A DNA stretch of 64,000 nt. Origin: Lama guanicoe. Taxonomy: Eukaryota. The translations under genes were made by a program, and so were the position numbers. The stretch covers positions 10,613,175 through 10,677,174 of the forward strand of contig MU056000.1 in NCBI GenBank assembly GCA_013239625.1. The letters run 5' to 3'. This document shows, piece after piece, positions 1 through 13,257 of this stretch; the stretch's first letter is position 1, and every line of letters starts with the position of its first letter. Under the pieces are notes generated by a model, which searched no databases, had not been told where the DNA came from, and was given only the letters and a program-made list of their open reading frames with translations.

Positions 1-397
1 AAGACTCTACTCAGGACTACTGCACTAGGGGGTCAGCACTGTGGTGCTGGGCAGAGAGAGAGCTCAGCTCTGAATACAGTAGGACAAGTGGGGATTTACA
101 GCCAACGAGCAGAGCAAGAGCACCAGGGGATGGCAAATTACTAAGAGGAGCCTTCCAGCATAGAGAGAGTCTTGCTAAAGGCAGGCCACGGGCTTACACA
201 TCAAAGTTGAGGGATGAGGAACTTGACCAGATATTGAGGGTGATCAGATATCAAAGGTGGGGGGTTCTCTCTAAACTGACACGGCAGGACTCTTGCTAAA
301 GGCAGGCCAGGCAAGGACAGGCACTGAAGGTCAACGTCGAGGCCCCTAGTCCAGAAGAGGGCTAGCTAAAATCTGGTTAAGGAGAGAATCTTTGTCA
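1..397 (-). mobile_element. ERV1 LTR, MER67-like (truncated by window edge)
   Basis: Minus strand starts TGACAAAGATTCTCTCCTTAACCAGATTTTAG, like the MER67 5' end. Internal 19-bp direct repeat at 170-188 and 291-309. Confidence 0.7.
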
Positions 398-1423
398 ATT
401 TCTACCATTCAAAATTTTAAGTTCTTAAACTTCAAAAACATGCGAAGACTCTGTGAGAGCCTGCCATCATAAGGGTGATAAATTTATGGGTTTGTGGAGA
501 CGTTCCAAGTTAACTCCGAGCACATGCTTCAATTAGGAATCCCGTGAGGGTAATAATCCAGTGAAACCTCCATCGCCAAACAACACTAATAAGCTCAAAG
601 TTCTCTGCGTCTTCAGAATGAGGGCCATCTGGTTGGCAGCCGCTCTTTTAATCGGCCCCAAAGACAGAGCCTGTTATCACCTCGCTCAGAATTACAGTAA
701 CAGCTCTTTGACTCTGAAAACGAAATGGCATAAAACAGCCCATATTCCAGAGGAAGCACTGAAGGAGGAAAATCATTCCAAATTAAGACTCCGCGACAGG
801 TTCTGGCTATGAGTTAACACGGTTTTTTGTTAGTTATGGCTGGTACTTGCTGTAAGTGAGGGCTTTGAAGCATCTGGAATGGCGTCCAAGTGCCATCTTC
901 TCACTGACCATGTGAAATAAAAACATAAGCCTTCATTAAACAAAACGTGTACATTTTCAGTGGGAAAAGCCCAATACAGTAAAGAACGACCATTAGCTGG
1001 AAAGTAATGTGATAACTAAAGAAAGTTTTAGAACTATAATGGAGTTTTTAATTTCTACTGTATCGTCCCATGTAGCTATGGCAACGGGAGACCCAGCTAC
1101 AGGAGGGAAAAAAGGAATCCTTTACATTAAAGGCCCTCTCATGTTGATTTTTAAATTCCTTTAAGTAGTGACTAACACTAAATCCGTGTTTGTTTTTTTC
1201 CGTAAAAATAAAGTCAATTCTGCTAGGGAGCAGCATTTGACCTGTACAAATAAACAATTCAAAAATAAAGTTATATTTTCCAGAAAGTCCGGTCTACATT
1301 TTCCTTTTCAAGAACTGACATTAAGTTTTCTGCCAACGAGCAGACATTTCACTGGACCCCTCTCTTCCTCCTATCTGAAGCTGCAATCAAGCTATTAATG
1401 CAATTACTTAACGAGAACATTAG

Positions 1424-1728
1424 ACCTGGACTTGCCAGTGTAGCAACCACTGGCCTCATGTGCTACTGAGCACTTGAAATGTGACCAGGCTGAACTGAGA
1501 TGTGCTCTAAGTATTTAAAATACATACTGGATATCAAAGATGCAGTACAAAAGCAGATGAAATCTCTCCTAAAGAACTTAATTTTGATTACATGTAGAAA
1601 TGATAGCATTTGCTATATTGGGTTAAATAAAATAGAGCACAAAAAATTATTTTCACCTTTTAAATGGGGCTACTAGAAAATTTTTAATTATCTGTGTGGC
1701 TCATATTACGTTTGTGTTGGACAGTGCT
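1424..1728. mobile_element. hAT-Charlie DNA transposon, MER33/MER3-like
   Basis: Motifs CATGTGCTACTGAGCACTTGAAATGTG and TGTGGCTCATATTA...TTGGACAGTGCT; about 300 bp. Confidence 0.75.
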
Positions 1729-2412
1729 ACATCCCATAGTTCTCCGGGGGAGGCTGTTTTCCTAGCCATCTGAACAGAATGAACAGTTCACACTTCAGAA
1801 ATAGCACACTCGCAGAATCACATAATGACCCTACAATAGGCCATCTGCTCAGATGCTGATTTAACTCTGTTACATAATCTTTTGACTGTATATTTAAAGG
1901 CAGTCGCCCTTCATTTTCGTGACGTACAGCATGCATTCAGAAGCAATGCAAAACGCTGCCAATAAACAACCGAAATGTCATGACCACAAATTTGTGAATC
2001 CAAGAAGTACATGGAAACCACTTTGCCCTTTTCTTGTGCCCTAAGTACCTGCCATTAAATACCACCAATACTGTATTAACCTGAGGTTATCTAGGTGTGG
2101 CAAAATCAAGTACACCATTATGAAATTTTACAACACTCAACGAAGCCAAACTTTCAAATACACATGGCATTGACTGTATTTGTTGCAAAGGGCAAAGTAC
2201 AAACTTCAGTGACTACTGCTTACAGTTGCTTATGTCATCGGAAACCTGAACTCACACTGTTTTACACCGATATTATAAAAAAATAACTTTAGTTCATTTA
2301 CTGTATTAGTCCTCAGTGCTTTGAAGTGTGATTCATTTAAATGTGAGTGTGTCTATCTCCCAGAAGAGCAAGAGTAACAGTAGCAATAATTTAAAAATAA
2401 AAGTAATTTTTT

Positions 2413-2564
2413 GGGGGGGAGGGTATAGCTCAGTGGTATAGCATGTTGCCCAGCAAGCATGAGGTCCTGGATTCAATCCCCAGTACCTCCATTAAAAATA
2501 AGTAAATAAATAAATACCTAATACCTCTCCTCCAAAATAAAATAATAAAAATAATTTAAAAAAA
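2413..2564 (+). mobile_element. Vic-1-type tRNA-derived SINE (camelid)
   Basis: GGGGAGGGTATAGCTCAGTGG (A box), GGATTCAATCCC (B box), AAATAAAT..CCTAATACCTC tail and an A-rich end. Confidence 0.9.
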
Positions 2565-4481
2565 GAAGAGAGACCCTGTGTATGAAATGAACAACTGGCT
2601 GTGAAAATGAACAATTTACATTATATGGCAAGAAAGCCACCATCACGTGGAGGCTGAGTGGGTGATCCTCTTACATATAATTCAATAATTGAGAGACTGA
2701 GAGAGAAAAAGTGGATATTTTTCAAGCAAACTGGGCATCAAAACTAACAAATGACTTTCAAGTTCACAGCCTCTGACGCATGAGAAGTCATTTCCACATT
2801 TAAACTTTCCTTTCTTCCTGTGGTGCCTTTGCCCAGATAAACAGGCAGCAGACAGAAACCCACTGAACAAGTAGGTGGCAGCAGGAATATCTTATACTGA
2901 CGGAGACTCTGCAGATCCTCAGACAGCCCTGACCGACCAAAAACACTGTCCTGTTACACGTCGTCTCCACAAATTTAAAGGCTGAAGTGATCTGTCTCGA
3001 GCAGGACCATCCTTCCTTGAAAGAGGGAAAAAAAATAGGTTCTGATGAAATACGTGTAGAAAGAATTATAAAGTGAGGGAAAGTGGATTTTCCCCACCAG
3101 ATCCCTGAGGGTTGGGAAGGGGATGAGATGTGAGCAGACCTAGCCTCGAAATGGTCTGTCTGCTGCATGCAACCTATTCTTGATTAGAAATCAAAACCCA
3201 AACTGGACTAGAAGCCCAAAGGGCAATGATGACAGCGATCTGTCCAAGAGCACAGAGAAACGTGGCTTCTTTCTTAATGTTTGAATTGAGCCGCACTTGA
3301 ATGAGAAAAAGAATGAAATGCACGTCCACAGTCATGAACTCTAGAACACTGCCCTGATATAACACAAGAACCCACAGTACCCTCAGTGTAAGCCACAGAA
3401 TGAGAATAACCATGTCAGGTTCTCATAATCAAAACAGGCAATTGTTTCCAAACCACCCAGCTGATAAATACAATGTGAAATCTTGCAGTTTGTGAGATGG
3501 TTTAACAAACTGCTACGTGTGACAGCTGACACCTCTGGTTCCAGATGTGAGAGGAGGGTCCTCAGCTCTCAAGAATGAGGTCCCAAGTCCTAAGTCCCTA
3601 TGAAATTTCCAGTGTCACAGCCCAGGAAGTCAGCCCTGGGTACATCCACTTTCTGCCTGGCCCCTGCCTCGAGCCTGGCCTGTCAGAGCTCCCCTCAGTG
3701 GCCCCGGGCTCTGGTTACACACCCCCTAACAAGGGGAGCACGTCACTTTCTCGCCTCAGTAAAAATTGCTTTGAAGAACACAAATGAGAAGGAAAATGAT
3801 CACTTTACTCAGTGGAACATACTCTGAGATCTAGAGGTGAGAAGCACACAGCAGTCACCTGTTAGTAATGGACAGCTTGGATGGTTAGCCCAATCTCTCC
3901 TCGTATTTCTCTAAAAACCAACATGGCAGCATGGAGAAGAAACAAAACCCATGGCCATAAAGCCAAATATTCAGGAGCAGGAGCTTTCCTTCTTCAGCCG
4001 CCATACTGAGACTTTTCAAAAGGCTGATGAGGCCACAAACAACTGGACACACGCCCAACTGTCTTGAGGCTCAGCCAGAAGCGCTCAAGTCGGTACTCGG
4101 GCACAAAGACGTTCTAATTCCTCGGCTACTCCGTGGCCTACCCAGACCCTCTATACTGTCACACATCTGCTGCTTCCATCTGACATCTGTTTAACCCTCA
4201 GCGTTTTCAGCGCTTTACAAGCACATCTTAGTTCCATAGAGGGACTTGAAGTCTATGGAACTGATAAAGATGACCGTGCCCTGGCTCATTTTAACCGATC
4301 ATTCAGAATCTCTTAAAATAAGTGCCTGATTCAAAGATCAGTCTTTACACTGTCCGTCCATGGGGGCTCACAGAATTGTGCTCTTTGTTTTTCCTTTATG
4401 AGGCTGTACTCAAGAGATTAAAGCACACATACCAGTGACAACAGATTTTTTTTAACCTCTGTGATTAAAACAGAGATCTGA

Positions 4482-4625
4482 GGGGAGAGGGTATAGCTCA
4501 AGCGGCAGAGCACATGCTTAGCATGCCCGAGGTCCTGGGCTAAACCCCTGGCACCTCCTCTAAAAATAAATAACTATGCCTAATTACCTCCCCTCACCAA
4601 AAAAACTATATATAAAAAAATAAAA
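4482..4625 (+). mobile_element. Vic-1-type SINE
   Basis: GGGGAGAGGGTATAGCTCAAG...CCTAATTACCTCCCC, A tail; AGATCTG repeated on both flanks. Confidence 0.9.
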
Positions 4626-5054
4626 TAGTAAGATCTGCTACAATTAAGGGAACTGATTTTTCAAGCAATAGCTAAACAGATACTAGGTTAAGACCACTTT
4701 TCCAGACTAATGCAATGTACGCATGGTTAACCTGATAATAAACACAGCATGTTTAGCTAAGCAAATAAACTAAAATAAACCAAAGGATAAAGTACACACC
4801 GATGTGTGTTTTTCCATGCACATGTGTATCAGGTTTTCTTGACGGTTCAGCTCATGACAAATTAATGAGTGCCGTATCAGGCGAAGTGAGCACCCCATAC
4901 GGGATTAAGTCACTTCTGCTGTGTGTCTAGATTTGGTCTCCTGAGAAGAAAAGAGTTGACAACTTTAAATTTGCTCTCTACCAAATTTTGTTACTCTCTT
5001 AATCCTGTGACTCTTCATCAATTCTTTTTTTTTTTTTCCAATTTGGATTAACAG

Positions 5055-5210
5055 CGTCTCTGTAATTCAGTTTCTTCATCCATCAAATGCAGACAACTCT
5101 GGTACCTACCTCATAAGGGCTCTGGTGGAGACTGAATAAATTAATTTCATCTTACTAAATAAGAGAAAATAAACATATAAAGTAAACATGTTAGCTTTCA
5201 TTATTATTTT
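5055..5210 (+). mobile_element. MIR SINE
   Basis: MIR core CAGTTTCTTCATCCATCAAATG...GTACCTACCTCATAAGG. Confidence 0.7.
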
Positions 5211-5374
5211 ACTCAGAAACGATAATGCATCTGAAGCTCTGCACAAACATTAGCTTTTGAGTGTTGTATGTCAAACAAGGGAGTAGATTTTCTCATTAAC
5301 TCTTAAAATTAAACTGAAAAATGCTTATGCTGCATTGTGGAACCATAAACCAAAGTCAAAATCATCAATTTGCT

Positions 5375-5835
5375 ATTGGGTTTATTCATGTTCCAACCAA
5401 CATCCATGTTCTCTGCTTCCTGGGCACATAGCTAAACTATATTTCCCAGTTTTCTCTGCAGGTAGGTGGGACCATGTGACCTGTTTTGGCCAATGAAATA
5501 TGGAAGAAGTGATGTGAAATCCAGTCATTAAGATGTGGGAGAAGTAATGAAGCCAATGAAATGTGAGGATGTGGGAGCAGGTCTGGTCCCTAAGAATTCC
5601 TGAGCGAACAAACCTCTGTCCTCACCTGTCAGTTGGATGCTGAAATCAGTGAACTCAGAGGCCCTAGAATATGGCAGAACTATTACATACTGGGGACCTA
5701 GATTCCCGATGTCTGCATGGAGCACAGTCACCTCATGGACAAGAGCTGTGGCACCAACAAGAAAGAAACTTCGAATCTGCCAAGTGACTGAGATGTCAGC
5801 ATTCTTTGCTCAAGGAGTTAACAGACCTTAACCCA
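5375..5835 (+). mobile_element. Old ERVL/MaLR LTR (MLT1I/J- or LTR16-like)
   Basis: TTTCCCAG..TGCAGGTAGGTGGGACCATGTGAC..TGGCCAATGAAATATG..AGAAGTG signature. Confidence 0.65.
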
Positions 5836-5879
5836 TGGTTTTCTCTTTCCTGCAGGCATGACTGTAACGTACTTGAGTA

Positions 5880-6120
5880 AGAATGTCAGCTAACACTTTT
5901 ACCATGCATCAAACATCTAAGTGTTTTCCATGTACTGGCGCTTTTAATCCTCTCCACTGTCCTATGATCCAGGCAGGTATTTTTTTCAGACCAGGAAAGT
6001 GAAGCACAAAGAGTTCAATAATTTACCTAAGGTATCCATCCAAGTTAAGGTGAAGAACTGGAGTACAAGCTGCAGTCAAGTCCTAGAGCTGGTATTCTCA
6101 ACCACTAGAATATACTGCCT
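5880..6120 (-). mobile_element. MIR SINE
   Basis: Antisense core: GGAAAGTGAAGCACAAAGAGTTCAATAATTTACCTAAGG ... AACCACTAG..TACTGCCT. Confidence 0.7.
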
Positions 6121-7234
6121 TTGAAATATAAATGCACAAACATTGCACACGTACCTTTGGGATTATTCACCTTGGTGTTGCATAGGGTCAGTCCAGGCTC
6201 AGCCGAGAAGGCTGGTTGTCAACAAAGGATCCCCAGAGCATCCTTTCAGGGCACACCCCACTTTCTCATTTAAGTGGGGAACTCACCATTCCTTTGGCTT
6301 TCTGAGGCTCCTAACTGAGGGATCATGTCTGGGCACATTCCATACACCCTCTCCCTTTGTTGTCTCTCTGCTCTGTCCTAAATCCTATTTTCCTTGGGAT
6401 CCTGCTAACTGAAAATTGATCACTCAGCAAGTGAACACATTCCATCAAGGTTCTCCTTCTCTGATTCTCTGTTCATTTCAACATATATTATAACAGGGGA
6501 CAATGCCATAATCTGAAATGGTAATTTGACTTCTGAGAGTTTCCAGCATCTCCAGAGAGACACAGGAGCCATGTTTGTTTGGATAAAGGGGAGTATTTGG
6601 CGCACCTCTGATCCCACCACGCGGGCACCGACTCTAGTGTGGGATAGAGCACGTGACTACAGACCAACTGTGAAACATGTCCCTTTATTTCCAGGCTGTG
6701 CCTGCAACACCCTACTTCAAGCACTGTCATCTGCTCTATGCCAGTTAGGAAAAGGAGCCACGGTAATCCCACCACATGACTGGACATGAAGTTGTCTGTG
6801 ACAGGTCAGCTTGGATACCTCCCAAAGATATCTTCCATCGTTAAAGACAAGTTTGTCTTCACTGCAGTGCAGTTCTTCGGGCCCACGCCATGGAATAAAA
6901 ACCATCAGTAACATACACTCTAGTGAGGCCCTCATTATGTAGAAATTTTACTTGTGAAAATGTTTCATAGCCTAGACTCCAGCCATGCTACAGGAAAGTA
7001 TAGCTTACCAAACTAAGGGGCTGTGTCCAAATCAGAGGTAAATAACAAGCCAGCAAATGACTCTCCCTCAGAGGTACCAATTTTTAAGGTCTGGATTACT
7101 CAAAGGAATTCCTTATGAGGCAATGATTCAGAAGCAAGTTCAAAACAGGGATACTGCAGTTCTAGTCAACTGGTGGCTCTTGCTGCACACTCTAATGAAG
7201 AGAAATAATAGAAGCCAGAAGAACTAGTCGAACA

Positions 7235-7405
7235 GTCACTACCACCCTATGAAATATGTTTTCTATCATCTTTTTACCAGCTCTTTACAGAGGAGGAAGC
7301 AGGCTGAGAGGAGGTAAGTGACTTCATCAAGGTGACATCACGAGGAAGTGGCAAAGCCAGGACTTGAACTCCGGTGAACTCACTGGTACTTGTAACCACT
7401 ACCAA
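7235..7405 (-). mobile_element. MIR SINE
   Basis: TTTACAGAGGAGGAAGC..AGGTAAGTGACTT..AAGGTGACA..AAGTGGCAAAGCCAGGACTTGAAC. Confidence 0.75.
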
Positions 7406-10400
7406 ACTGGGTATAACCAGAAACACTCATCCTGGTGGTCAGATTTCTAGAAATAATCCGATCGAAAAAATCAAAAGCTGAACATCGTATATACAGTGAG
7501 GACTCAGCTTCTCCTGGAAAAGATCAGAGTTCTACAATCATACGGCCTCTCTCCGACACAGAAGAAGAAAAGTGTCAAACTCCTGCTTTATAAGTAAACT
7601 ACCAAATGCTTAGGAAGGATGCATGTGGGCAAGTTGCCTGTTCTTGTGCAGCGAATCAACAGGAATGCTTGACACATGAGCTAGAATACACCTCGGCCAG
7701 GCCAGGGCTGCCCAAATCACTACACATTACGTGTGTCTGAAGAATCAGTCCTAGAAACTGCCTCCCAGCAAAACAATCAGATCCAATCAAAGGGTTGTTA
7801 GCTATGTCCTGTGTTCTGGGCAAGGGACCTGAGGCAAATAGAAGCTGTTTTCCCCATCCTCAAGATCTGTAAAAGATGTAAGACGCAAGTTCCGTGTCTT
7901 CATCGAAGCTCGTCAACTCTCCTAACCAAGTAGTAATTTCAGCCAAGGAAGCACCAGCCTAGCCTCTAAATAGGTCCTTGGGGATATCAGTACCGTGTTC
8001 TGTAAGTCGGGGAACTGCTAATACTGCATTTCTGACCTTGCTTTTGCAATTCTGGGATCGGAGGGAAGAGGCTATCCATCTTCTCTTTATTGGTAAGATA
8101 AATGGAAAATACCATGTTTTAAGTTGAAAAGCACCTCTTTAAATGATACCCTAAAATCACCATGACAGACTGCAGACTTAAGGACAACCACTGAGCAGGT
8201 TTTTTAAAAATGGGTATGCTAAGCAAAAATGTTAGGCAGAAAACTTCTTGGGTATTTGTGGCTTCCCTTCAAAACAATCCTCTTTTGTGCCCGGGCTCGT
8301 TGGGCAAGCGTGTTTTCCTAACGCAGGGCCCCATCATGCGGAGAACACATTACTTGTGGCCAGCCCCAGCGCTGGCACTACCGTGCCCGTTACACACACC
8401 CACGCGGGCCGGAACGCCCGGAGGTGGGGACAGAACGAACAGGAAAGTTGTCCCTGTGCTGAGGGAAGAGGCCAAATCAAATACACCCCAGGGCCTGCGG
8501 TGGGGAAAAAGAAGTGGCCGGAAAGATACTCCCTGGTGGCTTGGCATGTTTAAATGTTGTGGGTTCGGGGGATGGGGGTGCTAGTGTCAAGCTTTGGGGG
8601 TAAAAAACAACATCTCTAACTTAGAAAAATAGTTCGGGCAGTAGTGAAAGATTACAGCCACAGAAAGCACCCAACACGCTAGCAGAGAGCTGCTTAAGAG
8701 CCCGAGGTCATGGATCTGTTTTCCCAAAGTGCCTTCCCACTGGCCACCCTCCCAAGCACTGCCCAGGAAGGCCAGCCCTGGCGCTGGCCCTGCCCGTGAA
8801 GCACTGAATCTGATTCCGACTTTCCATCACGTCTAGCTCGGTGCCTTGGCACTGCAGAAGGTTTGCCTGGGACTTGCCTGGCTTTAGCCCTGAGAGGCCC
8901 GGATCCCGGGAAACCCTTCAGTCCTGGGCAGCCTGGGCCAGCTGGTGACTGTAAAGGTATCTCGTGTTCTCAGCAGGCCCTCATGGAGACGTGGTTCAAT
9001 GGTCCTTCCCCCCGACCCGCCCCTTACAAGGACACACTTATAGATGAAGCGACTTTTTTGATAAATAGAATATGATTGAAGGGAAATTATAATTTTGAGT
9101 ATGCCCAATGCTGAACCACATATAAGGTAACATATCCAAACATATTTAAAGCTGTTTTAAGTCATATAAGGCTATCTCTCTCGTGCATTTTTTTTTACAT
9201 TAAGATATACTATGTAATAGTACTATTGCCAGTGCATTTAAAAGCCATATTCTTTCAACTCGAAACTGCACAAAGTGTTACAACTCTTGTGATTTGAGAG
9301 AACCACCCCCCATGGAGTCGTGACCTGGTAGCCCCAGCCTCCCATGTGGAACTCTGCCTTGGGGAGGAGGGGGGTGAGGCAGGAGCAAGCAGGACCCATG
9401 GCTGATCCCCAGTCTCTGGTCTCCCCTTACGAATACTTGACCCCACCTGTCTCCACGGTCCTCCATGAAATGCCAGCTTCCCCGACTGGCTAGCTTGACT
9501 CACACTCTCAAGGCAGAATGGGCAGCAAAAGGATGTGGATGAAGGAAGGACTGCAGAACTTCCTCATTCTACCATGACCACCATTTGGTCTTTCTTGTAG
9601 CAGACCCCCTGAGGCCACTTTATCAGGCATCTGATTGCCTCTCCAGGGTCCCCAGCGACCCCAGGCTGCCCACCCAATGGCGTCCTTTCACTCAGTTGAC
9701 TGCTTTGGGATTCTGGAGACACAGCGTGAGGCTGCCTGGGTTTTGTTGCTGATTATTTGCTGATTTTCATGAAGTCTCAGAACCTCATTTCTTTCAATGG
9801 ATGTTTAAACATATGCTAATCGTCTGCAAAGGTCAGGAACCAGGAAAATAAAAATCTTTGAAAATGACTTTATTGTAGTCCACCCACCTTTGCCCAAGCT
9901 TACTTGGCCACAGTCTCCAGTATTCACCCAAAGCTTCCCACTATCCTGCCGCATAATGTGGGAAACTTACTCAACTAAGCTATTCACAGACTTAAAAACA
10001 AACATTCTCTCCTCCTCAACCTGCATATTAATCTTGCTAATTGAGGAAAAGCAGTTACCCAATCACAGACTATTTCCTGTAGATTAATCTTTTTTTTTAT
10101 CACCAAGTTAAATTAAGAAAGATAAGGAAGAGAGAGAACCTTTAAGGAACAAAGATTAATCATTTATGAAAGGTATTTTGCTTTTAAAACTAACCTAAAT
10201 TTTGAAGGAAAAAAAAAAATCCTTGCCCAGCAAAATACCCAATTCTCCTTCAGTATTTCTCAAGAGCCCCTAACACCCACAGTGCACAGCTCTACCCAAA
10301 ATTACAGTGAGATTTCCTGGCAGCCTCCTACCAAGCAGAGTAATTTTTAGATCAATAACTTCCAAATACAAGTTTTAAAAAATATTTTCTGGTCTGAAAA

Positions 10401-11533
10401 TCACATGAAGAAATTAGTCTTGAAGCAGTTACCTTTCCAAAAGAGAACACAGTTCAAAAACTAAAAACGTAACAAGTATTTTAAGGTTTTTAAAAGGTTG
10501 CTGTCACAGACATAAATTTTATCGTCTTGGTGGAAATACTGACAGTTTTCCATGTGTAAGTAAATAATATTCCTACTATTGTGTTTTGTTATAAGGTCCC
10601 CAAACAGCTGCAATGAGGGAAAAAATAATTCTAAATTATAAAAAGCAGATCCCTTCCCCCACAATTCAGTAACCAAAGTCAGTGATCAAATTGCTAGTAA
10701 ATGGTTCCAGCGGTACACACAGGGGAAAGAGTAAAAGTAAACACATTGCATCTAGTAAACATCTAACATCAAGTCATCTAGAAAACACAGCATGAGAATG
10801 GAAAGCAAATTCTAATAGAATATTTAAAACTGCTTCAAGAGGAATCAGAGGAGGTAAGTTTCCAACATGGTTAAAGGAAGTTTGAATTACTATTTGTGCT
10901 TTAGTTTTCTAGCTTTAAAATGGGAATCTAGATTTCCATACCACCGTGAAAGCAATGAAAAAGTTGGGAAGAATATGACTACTGAGAAAGTGGGAAAACA
11001 CATCCTTTTTGAAAAGGAGAAATTTAACTAGTTTCCAAAAATTACTTCCAGCTACCTTCCAATTGACAATTAAAATATATCTATCTATAACCGAATGAAT
11101 GAGTGGCCGGACGCAATTTCTGGTGCGTAATGTGTTTCCAATTTCTTGATGCAATTACGCAGCTGGTTTGGTGGGCTCCGAGCTTGGCCAACTTGGTTCT
11201 TATTCCTGTGTCTCAGCGCAGTCGAGCGGCAAACAGAACCACAGTGAGGTCGGTGGCTTTCCTCCACTCATCTCAAGGCTCTCGATAGATCATATCTTCA
11301 GGTGCTCACAGGCAGTTGAATAGTCATTCTATTCTTGAACCATAGTGTAGCCACACATTTTGGAAGTTCTACCAGAGAAGACTGGAAAGAAGTGTAAGCA
11401 GCTCTTTTGCCCGTTTTCTGTTTGTTCAGCTGTTTTCCTCACATCTTAATCGTAAAGATGAGCTCACTAGGCAACATTTAACCTGACTCCTGATTTTTGC
11501 TTTACTGAATGTACACAGTGCCTTGTCTAACCT

Positions 11534-11988
11534 GTTGATACCTTTCCTGGATTAGAAGAAGTAAGAATGAAGAGTTAAGTAGTTGAAGAATGATTGATTC
11601 TCTACCCCTAGGTTCCCCCTAGTAAATTTGCAGGTGGACCCTGCAGGTGCAGGTGGACCACACAGGAAAGAGAGCATCTAACTGCAGGCGAATCATGTGA
11701 GCAACACAGCATCCAAGGGAAGATCAGGAGCCAGCACGTCTGCACGCAGTGGGAAAATGACAAAGAATCTGACCCCTCACCTTAATGATTAACTGAGACT
11801 GTTTCCCCTTTTTCCCTTTAAAAACCGTCATGGCTGAGCAGGATCTTCAGAGTTGGTCTCTGGACATGAGTCCACCTTCTCCCCAGACTGCCAGCTTTTC
11901 TGAATAAAGCACCTTTCCTTTCCAGAGACACATGCCTCTCGATTATTGGCTTTTGAGCAGCAAGCAGCCGAACCTGAGTTTGGTAACA
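11534..11988 (+). mobile_element. ERV1-type solo LTR
   Basis: TATA-like TTTAAAA near 11817, AATAAA near 11903, 3' end GAACCTGAGTTTGGTAACA. The 5' boundary is uncertain. Confidence 0.7.
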
Positions 11989-12151
11989 GAAGAACTGACT
12001 TAACACGCTCATTAAAAATGAGGTGTCTGTCTTCATACTCTGACAACCCCTCTTCTGTAAAGCTCAGGTCTTAGGGTGGGAGTGAGGTTCATTCACTGAC
12101 AAGGGTGTTAGCTATTCACAGTAACTGGTAACAGACTAGCCAAAGGTCTCA

Positions 12152-12627
12152 CTTACTAAAAACAAACAAACATCACATAATGTAAAAGCTGTGAGTTGAA
12201 CTCTTCCAGTGCCTTACTGAGGACTATATACTGGGAGACAGCCTCCAGACGGCTCTGAGAAACTGTCCTGATGAGGTGGGGGGTGGGGTCAGTATTTATA
12301 TAATTATGGTGAAGGGGAATATGCAACAAAGCACACATCTCAGTAGAAGGGTGCTGTTAGGCACGAGGAGCAGACATCTTGGTTTTTTAGTAATTTTAGT
12401 GCTTTCCTAGGTTTAAGAAGATGCAAGAGATTGGGTTCACAAAATTTTCTCCTAAAAATACCCAGCTATCTGAAGGCCTGTTCTGCCAGTTCTTCCCAGG
12501 GCACAGAGAGCCTCGTTCCTGGGCTCCACCCTGGACTCCTTTCAGGGTGTGTTGAAGGTCAGTGGCCACAGTGGTTAATGACCTAGTCCTTGTAGAGCTG
12601 GATGGCAGGTGACATTCTTTAGTTGGC
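12152..12627 (-). mobile_element. ERV1 LTR, MER41-like (Laurasiatherian)
   Basis: GGAGACAGCCTC..GCTCTGAGAAACTG, TTTAGTGCTTT..TAG..AAGAAGATGCAAGA and CATTCTTTAGTTG motifs; related to the element at 31632-32134. Confidence 0.7.
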
Positions 12628-12659
12628 TCCTGTATAGCTTGTTGGGCTGTTAGCAACAC

Positions 12660-13082
12660 CAGTTTCCCTCACTATGCGAAAGCAGAGCATTCTGATGAAA
12701 ACTTTCGTAAGCCAATATGGTGTAAAGTGAAGAATCAATTACTTTAAGACACATCTTGCTAACAGGATGCACAAAATAAATCGAGATAAAGCACAGATGC
12801 TCACAGACACAGCTGAAAGCCATGGGGCTTGATGCTGAGATGCTGAGTATGGGTCCCAGTGAAGGAGCTTGGCAGGGCCCATCTTCCTGGTCTACGCATG
12901 AGCTGCCCTACAAGGGGTCACTGAGAAACTAATGCTGAATGCTATTTTGCTTTTCCCCTTTTCCCCTAAATTTGAAAACCCTCTTTGGATTTCTTTCAGT
13001 TAGCCAGAACAGGTACTAACGTAGGTCTTTCATAAAACTGAAGTGGCGCCTAATGAACTTTTGAAAAGTGGGGGATACCTGT
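12660..13082. mobile_element. TcMar-Tigger DNA transposon, MER82-like
   Basis: Ends CAGTTTCCCTCACTATGCGAAAG and GAAAAGTGGGGGATACCTG+TA; internal GAGATAAAGCACAGATGCTCACAGACACAG. Confidence 0.75.
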
Positions 13083-13257
13083 ACCAGTCCTTGTAACACC
13101 TGAAGCTTATGCTTTCCCTGGCCTGTCTTAGGGCTGATTCCCAAGGTTACAGGAGTAAAGAAGGGTAAGGATCACTTAAGCATTCAGGACTGAAAAGTTT
13201 CCTGTGCAACCTTAAAAGCAAGTGATGATATTTGCCAGAGACCTTTGAAAACAGACA

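Noticed and set aside
170-309. Exact 19-bp direct repeat TCTTGCTAAAGGCAGGCCA
   Set aside because: Internal repeat of the MER67-like LTR; only two copies, not a CRISPR-like array.
2413-2490. tRNA-like sequences with A and B boxes (also at 4482, 14501, 41789, 56373, 57596)
   Set aside because: SINE heads with shared tails and TSDs, not tRNA genes.
2868-2882. CTCF-like motif CAAGTAGGTGGCAGC (weaker ones near 36085 and 52855)
   Set aside because: Mismatches in the core; expected by chance in 64 kb and unsupported without ChIP data.
8281-8430. Small CpG-rich patches in the intron (also near 23640-23880)
   Set aside because: Too short for CpG islands, with no promoter or exon signals I can support.
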